DNA of 64,000 bases from an uncultured cyanobacterium (GTDB taxonomy: Bacteria > Cyanobacteriota > Cyanobacteriia > Cyanobacteriales > Nostocaceae), in the NCBI GenBank assembly GCA_963706595.1, contig OY970166.1, forward strand, positions 4,416,001-4,480,000, in the 5' to 3' direction. Shown here one piece after another: positions 20,775-31,640 of this stretch. Made by a program: the position numbers and the translations under genes. The notes beneath the pieces are model-generated. The model ran no database searches and was not told the origin of the DNA. It saw only the letters and a list, made by a program, of their open reading frames with translations. Position 1 is the stretch's first letter. Each line of letters starts with the position of its first letter.

Positions 20775-22340
20775 ATGACTGTAGAGGAATTGCTAGAACA
20801 ATACGCAGCAGGAGTCATCAACTTTAGTGGTGTTGACCTTTGCGAAGCTAACCTATGTGGTGTAAAACTTAGTGGGATCAATCTCAGCGAAGCTGACTTG
20901 AGTATAGTTAATTTAAGTGGTGCAAACCTGAGCGGCGCTAACTTGACTAATGTTAAACTGAATGTAGCTCGGCTCAGTGGCGCAAATCTGGAAGGTGTGG
21001 TTCTCAATAATTCTAGTCTGAATGTCGCTAATTTAATTCGAGCCGATTTGAGTCACGCTCAACTGCGAGGAGCATCCCTGGTTCGGGCTGAGTTAATTCG
21101 TGCTGATCTCAGTCGTGCTGACTTGTTTGAGGCTAACTTGAACAGCGCCGATTTACGAGAAGCCACACTGCGCCAAGCTAATCTCCGTTACGCCAACTTA
21201 AGCGAAGCCAATTTAAAAGATAGTTCATTAGTGGGCGCTAACTTGGAAATGGCTAACCTCAACGCCACTAACCTCAGCCGTGCTGACCTCAGTGGTGCGA
21301 ATATGCGAGATGCTGAACTCAAACAAGCTGATCTCAGTCATGCTAACCTCAGTGGTGTAGATTTAAGTGGTACAAATCTCCGTTGGGCTGATTTAAGTGA
21401 GGCTAATCTTTGTTGGGCTAATTTAAGTGGAGCAAAATTGAGTGGGGCTAACTTAATTGGTGCAGACTTGAGTAATGCCAATTTAACCAATGCGAGTTTA
21501 GTTCATACTAATTTAACTCAGGCAACTTTAATTAACACAGAATGGCTGGGTGCAGATTTAACAAGTGCAACTTTAACAGGGGTAAAACTTTATTCTACTT
21601 CCCGTTTTGGGATTAGAACTGAAGGCATAACTTGCGAATGGATTGATCTGAGTCCCAAAGGCGATCGCTCCATCATACAAAGATTCGCCGGCTCAGATGC
21701 ACAAGACTTTTTCAATGAAACCGCACCCACTATCTGCATTATTATTGATGCACCTTTAAAACACGAAGCTAATTTTGCTCTGGCTGGTTCTTATTACCAA
21801 ATTGCTCAGAAATTTCGAGAACTGAAGCAACCTCCCAGTGTAGAAATTAGCAGTCGCCGTACTGTCTTGACTTTCCGCGTAGACAATGACCAAGCCTTAT
21901 TACCTACTGCTTGTCTGGCTATTCTGCCATTTCAAGATGCTATTCATACCCAAAAAAACATTTCCACTATTGCCGAAATGTTAGCCAAAGAAGATATGTT
22001 TCATTTAGGACTAAAAGCACCAGATAAAATCAAGGAATTAAGTTCGCTAATCCAGCAAGCTATTAGTCAGGGTCAGATCATTAAAGAAATGAGAAAATAT
22101 CTGGAATTAGCCGCAAAATCAAAGTTCTGCAAAACACCCACCCAGACAATATTGACCAATTCCAGTGCTAAAACTTTAATAGTATATGATCACCCTAATT
22201 TTGGTAAACGATTTGTTAATTCTGTTGATTCAGATGTGATATTTTCACCTAATATATCTAGCGTAGCTGCTACATTGACACCACCTGCTTTAAATATAAT
22301 TGTGGATTTTATCAACAGCTTTCGTTATATCAGTCAGTAG
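20775..22340 (+). CDS. Pentapeptide repeat protein
   Basis: Long A(N/D)LxX repeat tract over the first ~270 aa. Confidence 0.9.
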   Translation: MTVEELLEQYAAGVINFSGVDLCEANLCGVKLSGINLSEADLSIVNLSGANLSGANLTNVKLNVARLSGANLEGVVLNNSSLNVANLIRADLSHAQLRGASLVRAELIRADLSRADLFEANLNSADLREATLRQANLRYANLSEANLKDSSLVGANLEMANLNATNLSRADLSGANMRDAELKQADLSHANLSGVDLSGTNLRWADLSEANLCWANLSGAKLSGANLIGADLSNANLTNASLVHTNLTQATLINTEWLGADLTSATLTGVKLYSTSRFGIRTEGITCEWIDLSPKGDRSIIQRFAGSDAQDFFNETAPTICIIIDAPLKHEANFALAGSYYQIAQKFRELKQPPSVEISSRRTVLTFRVDNDQALLPTACLAILPFQDAIHTQKNISTIAEMLAKEDMFHLGLKAPDKIKELSSLIQQAISQGQIIKEMRKYLELAAKSKFCKTPTQTILTNSSAKTLIVYDHPNFGKRFVNSVDSDVIFSPNISSVAATLTPPALNIIVDFINSFRYISQ

Positions 22341-22388
22341 TAGAGATATGATTTTGCAGTGTATTGATCAAAATTATGGAGTCAGCAA

Positions 22389-22979
22389 ATGCGCGCGTTT
22401 AATAAAATGATGGGTCGGACTCGCTATGTCGTCTGTCGCTTGTTTTTACATTTAGCCGGGTCTGATGTCGCCCCAATTTTAGGAGTACTAAATAGTACAG
22501 CACGAGAGGCGATCGCGACTGACGGTGACTTGCAAGAATTAGGAGCAGGATTAGTCGAAATTTGCGAAACCCTATTGCGATACGATGAATCCTGGCTTTC
22601 TGCTTCCAATGAAGGGGAAGTATTCTGGGATGAAGGTGAGGCGGGAGATTACGTCAATGAATTATTTAACGACTCTGGCGAACGCTACGGTGCAGGATTT
22701 GATGTTAGTTCCGCATCTGGTTTAAATGAATCCTTTTCTATCCCTGTAACCCGCAACGTCATTGTCATGCTCACTGTAGCTTATGAAGGCGAAGTTGCCG
22801 ATTTAGAAGCTGACCTGTCCAACATCCCAGCCTTAAAAGATGCTTTAAAAGCTTTAATCAATTTACACTACAAAGAAAAACTGCGCGCCATTCAGGTCCA
22901 TTTCTCTCCAGCCCAATTAGGCGATGAACTGACCAATGATCAGCTGTTGCAATATTACCCAGAATTAATTCCTTTGTAA
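22389..22979 (+). CDS. DUF1517-like protein
   Basis: Pattern resembles cyanobacterial DUF1517 proteins (ends L..YPEL.PL). Confidence 0.65.
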   Translation: MRAFNKMMGRTRYVVCRLFLHLAGSDVAPILGVLNSTAREAIATDGDLQELGAGLVEICETLLRYDESWLSASNEGEVFWDEGEAGDYVNELFNDSGERYGAGFDVSSASGLNESFSIPVTRNVIVMLTVAYEGEVADLEADLSNIPALKDALKALINLHYKEKLRAIQVHFSPAQLGDELTNDQLLQYYPELIPL

Positions 22980-23048
22980 CTTCTTGGGTAGTATCTACAC
23001 TACCACTTCCATTGAAGCTTGTTAAGCTGAAAAATAGGAAATAGTAAA

Positions 23049-23942
23049 ATGCTCATGACAATATTACGAAAATTTACAGTTGTTTTTTTAGCGCTGACTT
23101 TGTGCTTAACAACTGTGGCCTGTGGCAGTTCTAACGAAACTGCCTCTCAAAATAGAAATGTTAGCCGCACCGCTACTCCTACCAAGTTGAGTGATGGTCA
23201 ATATCAGGTGCAGCAAGCTAGTTTTGACGATGGAACTGGAGAATACACACTGTTTTTACTTAACAGTACACCTCCAGCCTTTAAAACCGAAAATTTGCAA
23301 ATGGCACGGCTAACTGATGAAGAAATTAAGGAAGGAAAAAAGACTTCTTTGAAGGTGGAGAACGGACAACCCGCCTTGTTTATGACAGAAGACTTTAAAA
23401 TTGAATATGTCCACAACGTCACCGAAACACAAACCAATCCCCAAACGGGACAACAAGAAACAGTCGTAGTGCGAAGAGAAAGTAACTTTTGGGCCCCTTT
23501 TGCCGGGGCTGTAGCTGGTAACATCGCCGGTCAGGTGATCGGGAATGCCTTATTTAGACCCCAATACTATGTACCACCTGCCTATCAGCCTGGAGGAGTC
23601 CTAACTGGCTACGGCGGTTATGGAAGTACCTACAATCAAGCAGTTAGTAGCTATCGGACTCGCTACAATGCACCACCAGCCGTTGAACGCAATCGGACAA
23701 CCTTCCGCACAACCGGCAACATTAGAAGATCATCTCCTGCTACTTCCACTACACCCACTAGACCGAGTACCAATACAGGTAATCGCCCCACTGGTTCCGG
23801 TTTTGGTAGCAGTAACTTAAAACCTTCTAACAATTCCGGTTCCCCCAGACGTAAAACTGGCAGTGGTTTTGGTTCTGGTGGACGTTCTTCAGGCGCGCGC
23901 AGTTCGCGGAAGGCGTTAAAACATCAAACTAATAGACATTGA
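23049..23942 (+). CDS. Lipoprotein with G/S/R-rich tail
   Basis: Signal peptide with lipobox-like TVAC; low-complexity C-terminus. Confidence 0.7.
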   Translation: MLMTILRKFTVVFLALTLCLTTVACGSSNETASQNRNVSRTATPTKLSDGQYQVQQASFDDGTGEYTLFLLNSTPPAFKTENLQMARLTDEEIKEGKKTSLKVENGQPALFMTEDFKIEYVHNVTETQTNPQTGQQETVVVRRESNFWAPFAGAVAGNIAGQVIGNALFRPQYYVPPAYQPGGVLTGYGGYGSTYNQAVSSYRTRYNAPPAVERNRTTFRTTGNIRRSSPATSTTPTRPSTNTGNRPTGSGFGSSNLKPSNNSGSPRRKTGSGFGSGGRSSGARSSRKALKHQTNRH

Positions 23943-23947
23943 CCCTT

Positions 23948-23977
23948 TGTAGAGACATTGCATCCAACGTCTCTACA
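23948..23977. repeat. REP-like palindrome
   Basis: TGTAGAGAC-N12-GTCTCTACA. Confidence 0.6.
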
Positions 23978-24012
23978 TTTTGGATCACCAGATGTCTAAT
24001 GCAAAGCCTATA

Positions 24013-24117
24013 TATAGCCTTTCCTAATCATATCAGGTATATCATAGCCCCCTCCTCGCTTGCGGGGAGGGGGTTGGGGGTGGGGTTCAAGTACCTAGCA
24101 GACTAGGAAACGCTATA
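24013..24117. mobile_element. MITE-like element with 17-bp imperfect TIRs
   Basis: TATAGCCTTTCCTAATC ... GACTAGGAAACGCTATA (15/17 complementary). Internal GC-rich hairpin repeat also present at ~30184-30223. Confidence 0.6.
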
Positions 24118-24133
24118 CCGCCAAAAATCCGAA

Positions 24134-25198
24134 TTACGAATTAGTTACAGCAGCTACTGGTTGCGGCCAACGTCCCACCGCGTTACCAATTACGCCCAAT
24201 TCTTGCATTAAGTGATCAAAACGTTCTGGTGTCAGAGATTGCGGCCCATCAGATAAAGCCTTGGCAGGGTTGGGGTGAACCTCAATCATTAAAGAATCAG
24301 TTCCAGCTGCGATCGCAGCCATAGCCATTGACGGCACAAATTCAGACCAACCAGTGCCATGACTGGGGTCAATCATAATTGGCAAATGAGTTAGCTTTCG
24401 CAATACTGGCACTACTGATAAATCCAAAGTATTGCGAGTGTGTTGGCGGTCAAAAGTCCTAATTCCCCGCTCACATAAAATCACATTCGGATTTCCAGCC
24501 GCCAAAATATACTCAGCTGCCATCAACCAATCTTCAATAGTCGCTGCCATTCCCCGCTTTAAAAGAATTGGTTTGGGTTGCGCGCCCACTTTTTTGAGCA
24601 GAGAGAAGTTTTGCATATTTCTTGCCCCCACCTGGATCACATCCGCAATCTCAGCAATTATATCCAGTTCGGCAGTATCCATTACTTCTGTAATAATCCC
24701 CAAACCACTTGCTGACCGTGCCTTTGCCAATAATTCTAAAGCACTCTCGCCGTGACCTTGGAAGGCATAAGGTGAAGTTCGGGGCTTGTATGCGCCACCA
24801 CGTAAAAACTTAGCGCCTGCGGCTTTAACGCGCATCGCCGTTTCCACAATCATCTCTTCGTTTTCTACTGAACAAGGGCCAGCAACAACCACTAAAGGAT
24901 GGTGTTCGCCAAATACAACATCCCCATCGGGAGTATTAACTACAACCTCAGAAGCTTCCCCGTGTCTAAACTGACGGCTAGCCCGTTTGTATGGTAACTC
25001 TACCCGCAATACTTGCTCAATCCAAGGGCTGACTTCCTGAATTTGTAACGGATCTAATCTAGCTGTTTCACCTACTAGACCAATTACCACCTTGTGTTTA
25101 CCAATGATTTTTTCTGGTATTAGTCCCCAGCTAATTAATTCCTCACTAATGCGGTTAATTTCCATTTCTGGGCAACCGCTTTTCATGACTACAATCAT
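24134..25198 (-). CDS. aroF: DAHP synthase type I-beta with N-terminal regulatory domain
   Basis: AGPCSVE, GGAYKPRTSPY, GARNMQN, CERGIRTF, DPSH. Confidence 0.9.
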   Translation of the reverse strand: MIVVMKSGCPEMEINRISEELISWGLIPEKIIGKHKVVIGLVGETARLDPLQIQEVSPWIEQVLRVELPYKRASRQFRHGEASEVVVNTPDGDVVFGEHHPLVVVAGPCSVENEEMIVETAMRVKAAGAKFLRGGAYKPRTSPYAFQGHGESALELLAKARSASGLGIITEVMDTAELDIIAEIADVIQVGARNMQNFSLLKKVGAQPKPILLKRGMAATIEDWLMAAEYILAAGNPNVILCERGIRTFDRQHTRNTLDLSVVPVLRKLTHLPIMIDPSHGTGWSEFVPSMAMAAIAAGTDSLMIEVHPNPAKALSDGPQSLTPERFDHLMQELGVIGNAVGRWPQPVAAVTNS

Positions 25199-25482
25199 CT
25201 TAAATTCCCTGATTAGTTGACTTAAACCTCAAACAAGTAGGAGCCACTTGATCTTGTTGCTGTTATTTAATTTAAATTAAGTTTAAATATTTAGTGATCT
25301 AAAACGCAGATTTTGATGATGGCAAAACAGAGGGCGCTCAGTAGTTTTACGGCTAAGTATTAGGTTTAATCAAACATCATAAATTTTTGCTTTTTAATGT
25401 TGAAGTTAGTAAATTTCAACTTCAACATTAACTGGAAAATCCACCCAATACCGCAGTTAGCCTGGTATCTGAGCGCCAAGCA

Positions 25483-25953
25483 TCATACGTTTTTTTGCCG
25501 AGTTTCGCGCCAAACCTCAACCATTCGACCCCAATTGGTACTAAATTCACCCAAACCCAAAAGGCTTCCGGCTCTTTCTTCATCCCATGAGGCTGAGAGA
25601 ACACCATAAGTTATCCCCACAACTCCTATACCAAATAATCCCATATTCACCAATAACACGGCAATGGGAGGCAATTGGATCTCGGAGTAAATAGCTAGTA
25701 AATAGCTGACTACTAGGGTTGTAATCCCCAAAGCTGTCGGTATACCACAGAATCCAGCTACGCGCCTGATCATTCTTTGGCTGACAACTTGGGGAATTGC
25801 CCTCTCTTCCTGATTAAAAGGTGGCTGTTTAATAGACTTTTTTTCCGAGGTTTTTGGCTGTGCTTGTGGTTTGCTTACAGCTTTGGCAGGTTTTTGACGC
25901 TTTGTTTTTGGTTCAAAAGGTAAGCGATTGCGCTCAGATTCTTCAGCAGACAT
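25483..25953 (-). CDS. PAM68 photosystem II assembly factor
   Basis: AIPQVVSQRMIRR, two TM helices, SASWD. Confidence 0.85.
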   Translation of the reverse strand: MSAEESERNRLPFEPKTKRQKPAKAVSKPQAQPKTSEKKSIKQPPFNQEERAIPQVVSQRMIRRVAGFCGIPTALGITTLVVSYLLAIYSEIQLPPIAVLLVNMGLFGIGVVGITYGVLSASWDEERAGSLLGLGEFSTNWGRMVEVWRETRQKNV

Positions 25954-25965
25954 AAGCGATAGTTC

Positions 25966-26235
25966 CTATCCACGAATACCGAGACGAGCAATTAAACCTT
26001 GATATTTTTCCCGGCTATCTTGCTGAATATAGGAGAGAAGACGCTTGCGTTGACCAATCATCTTCAATAATCCTCGACGGGAAGAATGGTCTTTTTTATT
26101 TGCCTGGAGATGTAAACTCAGACGACTAATGCGGTCAGATAGCATAGCCACTTGAACTTCGGCAGATCCAGTATCGGTTTCGTGAACTTGATAGTTCGAC
26201 ATTATTTCTTGTTTGCGCTGTTGCGTCAGTGCCAT
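25966..26235 (-). CDS. rpsO: 30S ribosomal protein S15
   Basis: [22 protein letters not shown]. Confidence 0.97.
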   Translation of the reverse strand: MALTQQRKQEIMSNYQVHETDTGSAEVQVAMLSDRISRLSLHLQANKKDHSSRRGLLKMIGQRKRLLSYIQQDSREKYQGLIARLGIRG

Positions 26236-26357
26236 AATCGATTCACTTTCTATTCAATTAATGTATGCAGCAGTCTCTTATGATATCACAGCCCTCAAAT
26301 TGCGGGTATTACTCGCCAATGAGTATTGTTGCTATCTACAAAAAGATGATGTAAAAG

Positions 26358-27215
26358 CTAGATATTAGTGGAAACAACTGGGGTGACAACATTTGCCACA
26401 GAGTTTTGATTCAATATAGGCTGGCGAGTGTTGAGGTCAAATTTATAACCATTTGGCAAAATATAAAGTTTTGCGCCAAAAATCGCCAACGGCTCATCCT
26501 TTAAGATTTCGCCCATATTGTTTGTAGCTTCTGATTCATCAATAATTGTCACCGAACCTTCCCCAATGACTTCAATTTGATGGTCAGTCACTACCATTGC
26601 GGTATTCTCATCAATACCAAATCCTAATCCGGCGGGTTCTTGGACTAAAGCTGAAAGTAAACGTCCTAAGCGTCCGCGCTGGGAAAAGTGCTGGTCAATG
26701 ACTACACCTGGGAGAAAACCAAGACCCGGCCCCATGGCCACAATTTCCATTCGCGGATGGGTTTGAGCATCGCCTTCCACAATCATTTGATCAGGCATGA
26801 TTGCGGCTCCGGCGCTGGTTCCCGCTACAACCATCCCTTCCGAAAAGCGTTGATGAATTGCGGCATCTATTTCAGTATCTTTGAGGATGCTGATGATCCG
26901 AGCCTGGTCTCCACCTGTAAAAAATATACCAGTTGCTTGAGCGATCGCTTCCAAACCTGTAGATGAAGACGCATCATCACGGGTTTCTGTGTCAATTATA
27001 CGAACTCCTTCAGCGCCTAAACGTTCAAACACCCGAATATAATTTTCTCCTACATCCCTCGGTAGTTCGGCCGCAGCTGTCATAATGACAATTTTGGCCT
27101 TGATCCCCCCAGCACGGCGCACAAACTCCCGCAAAACTTGGGAATCTCCATCTCTATCTTCAGCCCCGCCAATAATCACTAGTTGGCGTTTGGTTGTACT
27201 GTCCGTCATGATCAC
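26358..27215 (-). CDS. cphB2: Cyanophycinase (CphB2-type)
   Basis: IIGGAED, FTGGDQ, GTSAGA, DQHF..RGR; divergent from cphA2. Confidence 0.85.
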   Translation of the reverse strand: MIMTDSTTKRQLVIIGGAEDRDGDSQVLREFVRRAGGIKAKIVIMTAAAELPRDVGENYIRVFERLGAEGVRIIDTETRDDASSSTGLEAIAQATGIFFTGGDQARIISILKDTEIDAAIHQRFSEGMVVAGTSAGAAIMPDQMIVEGDAQTHPRMEIVAMGPGLGFLPGVVIDQHFSQRGRLGRLLSALVQEPAGLGFGIDENTAMVVTDHQIEVIGEGSVTIIDESEATNNMGEILKDEPLAIFGAKLYILPNGYKFDLNTRQPILNQNSVANVVTPVVSTNI

Positions 27216-27324
27216 TCCTGATCTAAATTAATTACTTAATTTCAATAAAGCATGACAATTAGACTCATAAAATCATCCGTTTGATAGATTACAACATCAC
27301 CACTAAGATTCAAGGCTAAATATA

Positions 27325-27426
27325 TATAGTAATCTGCTTTGATTTTTAAACCTATTTGCGTAGGTGGGTAGTAGGGAAAAGCCTTTTTATGTTGTCCTGA
27401 GATTTTTCGTAAATTAAATAGGAGTC
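27325..27426. mobile_element. MITE-like dispersed repeat (same family as 14660 and 33477)
   Basis: TATAGTAATCTGCTTTGATTTTT...GCGTAGGTGGG...AAATAGGAGTC. Confidence 0.55.
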
Positions 27427-27655
27427 AATTATTAAACCTCAACATCCAATAGCCTCTAGAGTTAACTCTAGAGGCGTTGTTTATGATATACATCCCAGTG
27501 GGCAATTCTAGATTAATTATGCTATGATCACCAGCAATTTTTAGTTAAACAGAAGTAAATTTTGTAGCCTTCCCACTTGCGAAATTTACAGTTTTTTTAG
27601 TCATTCAGGCGCATAAAAATTTGCTCTTTGAAGTCATAGCTTTAGTTGCCAAATT

Positions 27656-27892
27656 CTAAGAAACTTGGCTTCTATAAAGCAAGTTAATTAAAAAAAACCG
27701 CGCTGATTGCAGTGGGATATGCCTGGGCTTACCCTGGTAAACAATTTGATACTCATTCAGATCTGCTCCATCTCCATGACCAGAAATTAGCTTGCGGTGA
27801 AAAGCCTCATCAGCAAGTTCACGAACTTCATTTCTGAGAGCAGCTTGCGTACTGTTCATAGGTGCTGTCTCCTCGAAATCTATGTTAGACAT
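27656..27892 (-). CDS. Small hypothetical protein
   Basis: 78-aa ORF in an otherwise intergenic stretch. Confidence 0.55.
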   Translation of the reverse strand: MSNIDFEETAPMNSTQAALRNEVRELADEAFHRKLISGHGDGADLNEYQIVYQGKPRHIPLQSARFFLINLLYRSQVS

Positions 27893-28265
27893 CGACCAAA
27901 TTCAAATAAGCTTTATCAATCACCCTTGTAGGGATAATTAATTTATTGTTCTTTTTCACCAAATGTCTTCTCGGAGTGTATGAATTTTGAAAGTCCATTT
28001 CATCTTTCAAAAGTTATATCTTTGATAATTTATAGTATTTAATGACTGATATTTTTTACTTTATGAGTCACGGGGATTGAATTATGCTGTGGGATGGTTG
28101 AAAATGCGTAGAAATAACTGTATAATGGGCGAGTATAAATTTATCTAATCTGCAAAAACTAGATAATTGCGAAATAATCATCTAAACTCGACTACAATCC
28201 ATAAATCTAACTAATCAATAAATTAAATCACAAATTCAGGGTGTTTAGCTGAAGGCATATCATCA

Positions 28266-30176
28266 ATGATTCAACAGAAAAGCAACGGCTTAGTCCGCGT
28301 TAATGCTAGAAAAACTGATGTATTCGATATTTTTAACTTCAAGCATTACCTTGGTCCTAACCCATATCTAGATACAGGGGCGCTAGTATTCGACTTGGCG
28401 GTGATTTCCTCTAGACAGCCGCTACCCATTGCAGATTATATTTCTAGCATAGGCGATCGCTACCCACATCTACGCGAACAAACCTACGAAACCCACGCCC
28501 ATCTCTTTGCCAAAGTTGCCTCAGAAGTAGGTAAGCTAGACATGGGATTACACCTCAACCGTTGGAGCGTCAAACCTGATGCAGATTACGCCTGCATTAG
28601 CATTCAATCCTTGCATGAACGCACCACCAGAGCAGTAGTTTACCTTGTTTGGGATTGGTTTGAAGCCATCAACCAAAACAAAAAATTCTTCTTTGATGAC
28701 GAACTGCTAACCCTTCAGAAACGATTTCGCGAATCTGTCTACGGTGGTCCCACAGTTTACGCCCTATTACAAACAGCTTATGCAAAAGGCATTCCCAGCA
28801 CTTATCTGTGGTCAGAAGCACTCATGCAATATGGCTATGGCAAAAAACAAGTTCGTGGAATAGCTACAACCTTTGATTGCGATAGCCATATAGATTCAGA
28901 TTTCACCACCCGCAAAGATGAATGCAAGATATTCATGCATTCATTGGGTTTGCCAATACCAGAAGGTGACATTGTTCTTTCCGAAACAGAAGCCTTCCAG
29001 GTAGCAAAAGAAATTCGTTACCCAGTAGCAGTGAAACCTGTAGTTGGTCACAAAGGTATTGGCGTTACAGCTGGTGTACGAGATGCAAAAGAACTAGAAT
29101 CTGCTTACAATAGGGCATTATTAGCAATTCCCGAAGACCAGCCAACGCGGATAATTGTTGAAAAAAGCATTTCGGGAACCGACTTTCGCTTATTGTGTGT
29201 GAATGGTAAATTTGTCGCCGCCACGGAACGCCGTCCCGCATCAGTTAAAGGAGATGGTTACTCAACTATTGCAGAGTTAATCCGAGAAGAAAATCGCCAA
29301 CCAGCACGTTTAGATACACCCACCTCGGCCATGTCTAAAATTCAGTGTGATGAAGCGATGGAACTCTATCTAGACGAACAAGGTTATACCTTAGATAGTG
29401 TAATCAAAAAAGGACGTACTGTTTATCTTCGCAAAGTTGCCAATCTTTCCGCAGGAGGCGTGAGCATCGATGCTACATCCACAATTCATGATGATAATAT
29501 TATCCTAGCCCAAGACATTGCCCAACACTTTCGGCTAACTTGTTTGGGTATTGATGTCATTGCTGAAAACCTGTCAGAATCTTGGCAAACCAGTAGTCAC
29601 TTCGCCATTCTGGAAATCAACGCCGCACCGGGAATTTTGATGCATCTTAATCCTGCTGTTGGTGAAAGTGTTGATGTTCCTTCCCGGATATTAGAAACCT
29701 TTTTTGAATCTGGGCTAGATTCCAGGATACCAATTATCACCTTTAATAAAATTTCAGTTGAAGAATTGCAAGCAACAATTGACCATATTCTCTCACAACA
29801 TCCTGACTGGACAATAGGTGCTGTTTGCCATGATGCAGTCTTTGTAAATCGGGCGCAAAAAGCATTAAGCAACGATTACAATAGTAACGTCCAAACTTTG
29901 CTGCGTCATCCCAAACTTGATTTATTAATTACCGAATATGAAGAATCAACTTTAGAAGAAGAGGGGATGTTCTACCAGGGAAGTAACATAGTAGTTTTAA
30001 ATAATCCCACAGAAACAGAGATGATGTTAGCACGGGATATCTTTGATGATTCTACGGTGATAATTAAGAAAGAAAACGACATTTCTATCCGTCGTCAGGG
30101 CTTAATTGAAGACTACACATTAGGAGAAGATGAACCATTTACTAGGGTGTATTTAAAAGAAATTGGGACAATTTAA
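28266..30176 (+). CDS. cphA2: Cyanophycin synthetase 2 (beta-Asp-Arg polymerase)
   Basis: 636 aa; N domain GPNPY, ATP-grasp VKPVVGHKGIGV, EINAAPG, truncated Mur-like domain. Confidence 0.88.
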   Translation: MIQQKSNGLVRVNARKTDVFDIFNFKHYLGPNPYLDTGALVFDLAVISSRQPLPIADYISSIGDRYPHLREQTYETHAHLFAKVASEVGKLDMGLHLNRWSVKPDADYACISIQSLHERTTRAVVYLVWDWFEAINQNKKFFFDDELLTLQKRFRESVYGGPTVYALLQTAYAKGIPSTYLWSEALMQYGYGKKQVRGIATTFDCDSHIDSDFTTRKDECKIFMHSLGLPIPEGDIVLSETEAFQVAKEIRYPVAVKPVVGHKGIGVTAGVRDAKELESAYNRALLAIPEDQPTRIIVEKSISGTDFRLLCVNGKFVAATERRPASVKGDGYSTIAELIREENRQPARLDTPTSAMSKIQCDEAMELYLDEQGYTLDSVIKKGRTVYLRKVANLSAGGVSIDATSTIHDDNIILAQDIAQHFRLTCLGIDVIAENLSESWQTSSHFAILEINAAPGILMHLNPAVGESVDVPSRILETFFESGLDSRIPIITFNKISVEELQATIDHILSQHPDWTIGAVCHDAVFVNRAQKALSNDYNSNVQTLLRHPKLDLLITEYEESTLEEEGMFYQGSNIVVLNNPTETEMMLARDIFDDSTVIIKKENDISIRRQGLIEDYTLGEDEPFTRVYLKEIGTI

Positions 30177-30305
30177 GTCTTATCTCCCCTCCTCCCTTGC
30201 GGGGAGGGGTTGGGGGTGGGGTGCAATTATGGTGGGTGGTAATCATCACTAACTCACCGGACTCGATATCAGCCCCCATATCAGGACTAAAGTCCTGACT
30301 ACGAA

Positions 30306-31349
30306 CTAACTTAGTTTTTGGTAAGCAGCCAAAATACTTTTTTCGGTTTCATCCCAACTAATACATTTATCGGTGACAGAAACACCATACTTTAAATCTT
30401 CTCGCTTACCAGTCATCGGTTGACTACCTTCATACAAGTTTGATTCCAGCATCACGCCGACTATTGATGTATTACCATCAACAATTTGTTGAATGACATT
30501 TTCTAATACAGTCGGTTGTAGTTTATAATCTTTATTGGTATTTCCGTGGCTACAGTCGATCACAATTCTGGGTGATAAATTAGCCTCTTTTAATTTTTCT
30601 TCTACCAGTTGGACATTTGCCGCTTCAAAGTTAGGCTGACTACCACCCCGCAGGATAACATGACCATAGGGATTTCCCTTAGTTTCAAAGACACTGACTT
30701 GTCCCTTATGATTAATCCCCAGGAAATTATGAGAGCTTTTAGCTGATTGTAAAGCATTTAAAGCCACTTGAATATTACCATCAGTCCCATTTTTAAAACC
30801 TACCGGCATAGAAAGACCACTAGCCATTTCCCGATGAGTTTGTGATTCCGTAGTCCGTGCGCCAATGGCAGACCATGTAATCAACTCACTAATATATTGA
30901 GGTATAATTGGGTCTAGTGCTTCTGTACCAGCAGGTAAACCCAACTCTGCTATTTTTATCAATAGGCTACGTGCAGTTAATAAACCCTTTTCTACATGGA
31001 AAGAATCATCCATATCTGGATCATTAATCAATCCTTTCCATCCTACCGTGGTTCTGGGTTTTTCAAAGTACACCCTCATAATCAGCAGCAGTTTATCCTT
31101 GACTCGTTCAGACAGAAGTTTCAATCTCTGGGAATATTCCAGCGCTGCTTGTGTATCATGAATTGAGCAAGGACCAACTACAATAAACTTTCTGCTATCT
31201 TGAAAATCTAGGATATTCTTAATTTCCTGTCTATGTTGCAAAACAGTATTTTCAGCCCCTTGAGTTAAAGGCAATTTTGCTTTTACTTCATTGGGTGTTA
31301 ATAATACGTGAGAGTTCTTGATGTTAGTATTAAATAATTTATTGTGCAT
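30306..31349 (-). CDS. DAHP synthase type I-alpha (AroG/F/H-like)
   Basis: GPCSIHD, RVYFEKPRTTVGWKG, GARTTESQTHR, DCSHGN. Confidence 0.9.
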   Translation of the reverse strand: MHNKLFNTNIKNSHVLLTPNEVKAKLPLTQGAENTVLQHRQEIKNILDFQDSRKFIVVGPCSIHDTQAALEYSQRLKLLSERVKDKLLLIMRVYFEKPRTTVGWKGLINDPDMDDSFHVEKGLLTARSLLIKIAELGLPAGTEALDPIIPQYISELITWSAIGARTTESQTHREMASGLSMPVGFKNGTDGNIQVALNALQSAKSSHNFLGINHKGQVSVFETKGNPYGHVILRGGSQPNFEAANVQLVEEKLKEANLSPRIVIDCSHGNTNKDYKLQPTVLENVIQQIVDGNTSIVGVMLESNLYEGSQPMTGKREDLKYGVSVTDKCISWDETEKSILAAYQKLS

Positions 31350-31440
31350 AGAGCCGAATTAGTGATTTTTGCTATTCCACTGCGGAATGAAGTTAATATA
31401 TTATTTTAAATCAAAAGTACAACACGAACTTATAGATTTT

Positions 31441-31532
31441 AGGACTTACGCACGAATTACGGAATAACTAACCACACCAGATGCAGAGGACACAGAGAAA
31501 TAGGGGTTTGAGAGAGTTTTTGCGTAAGTCCT
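31441..31532. mobile_element. MITE-like element with perfect 12-bp TIRs
   Basis: AGGACTTACGCA ... TGCGTAAGTCCT. Confidence 0.65.
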
Positions 31533-31640
31533 GGATTTTTGAAATTTAAAAATCGACCTAGCTGCGGGTAGAGAATTGTTTTGTTTTCATAACTTTAAAA
31601 GGGGACAATACGCCCCCTTTTGTGTATTATACAGATTTGA

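Noticed and set aside
20759..21007. Antisense ORFs over the pentapeptide gene and other long genes
   Set aside because: Shadow ORFs opposite well-supported CDSs, with no independent motifs.
23880..23942. Possible frameshift at the lipoprotein C-terminus (an alternative frame ends GRR*)
   Set aside because: Cannot be judged without orthologues; it affects only a low-complexity tail.
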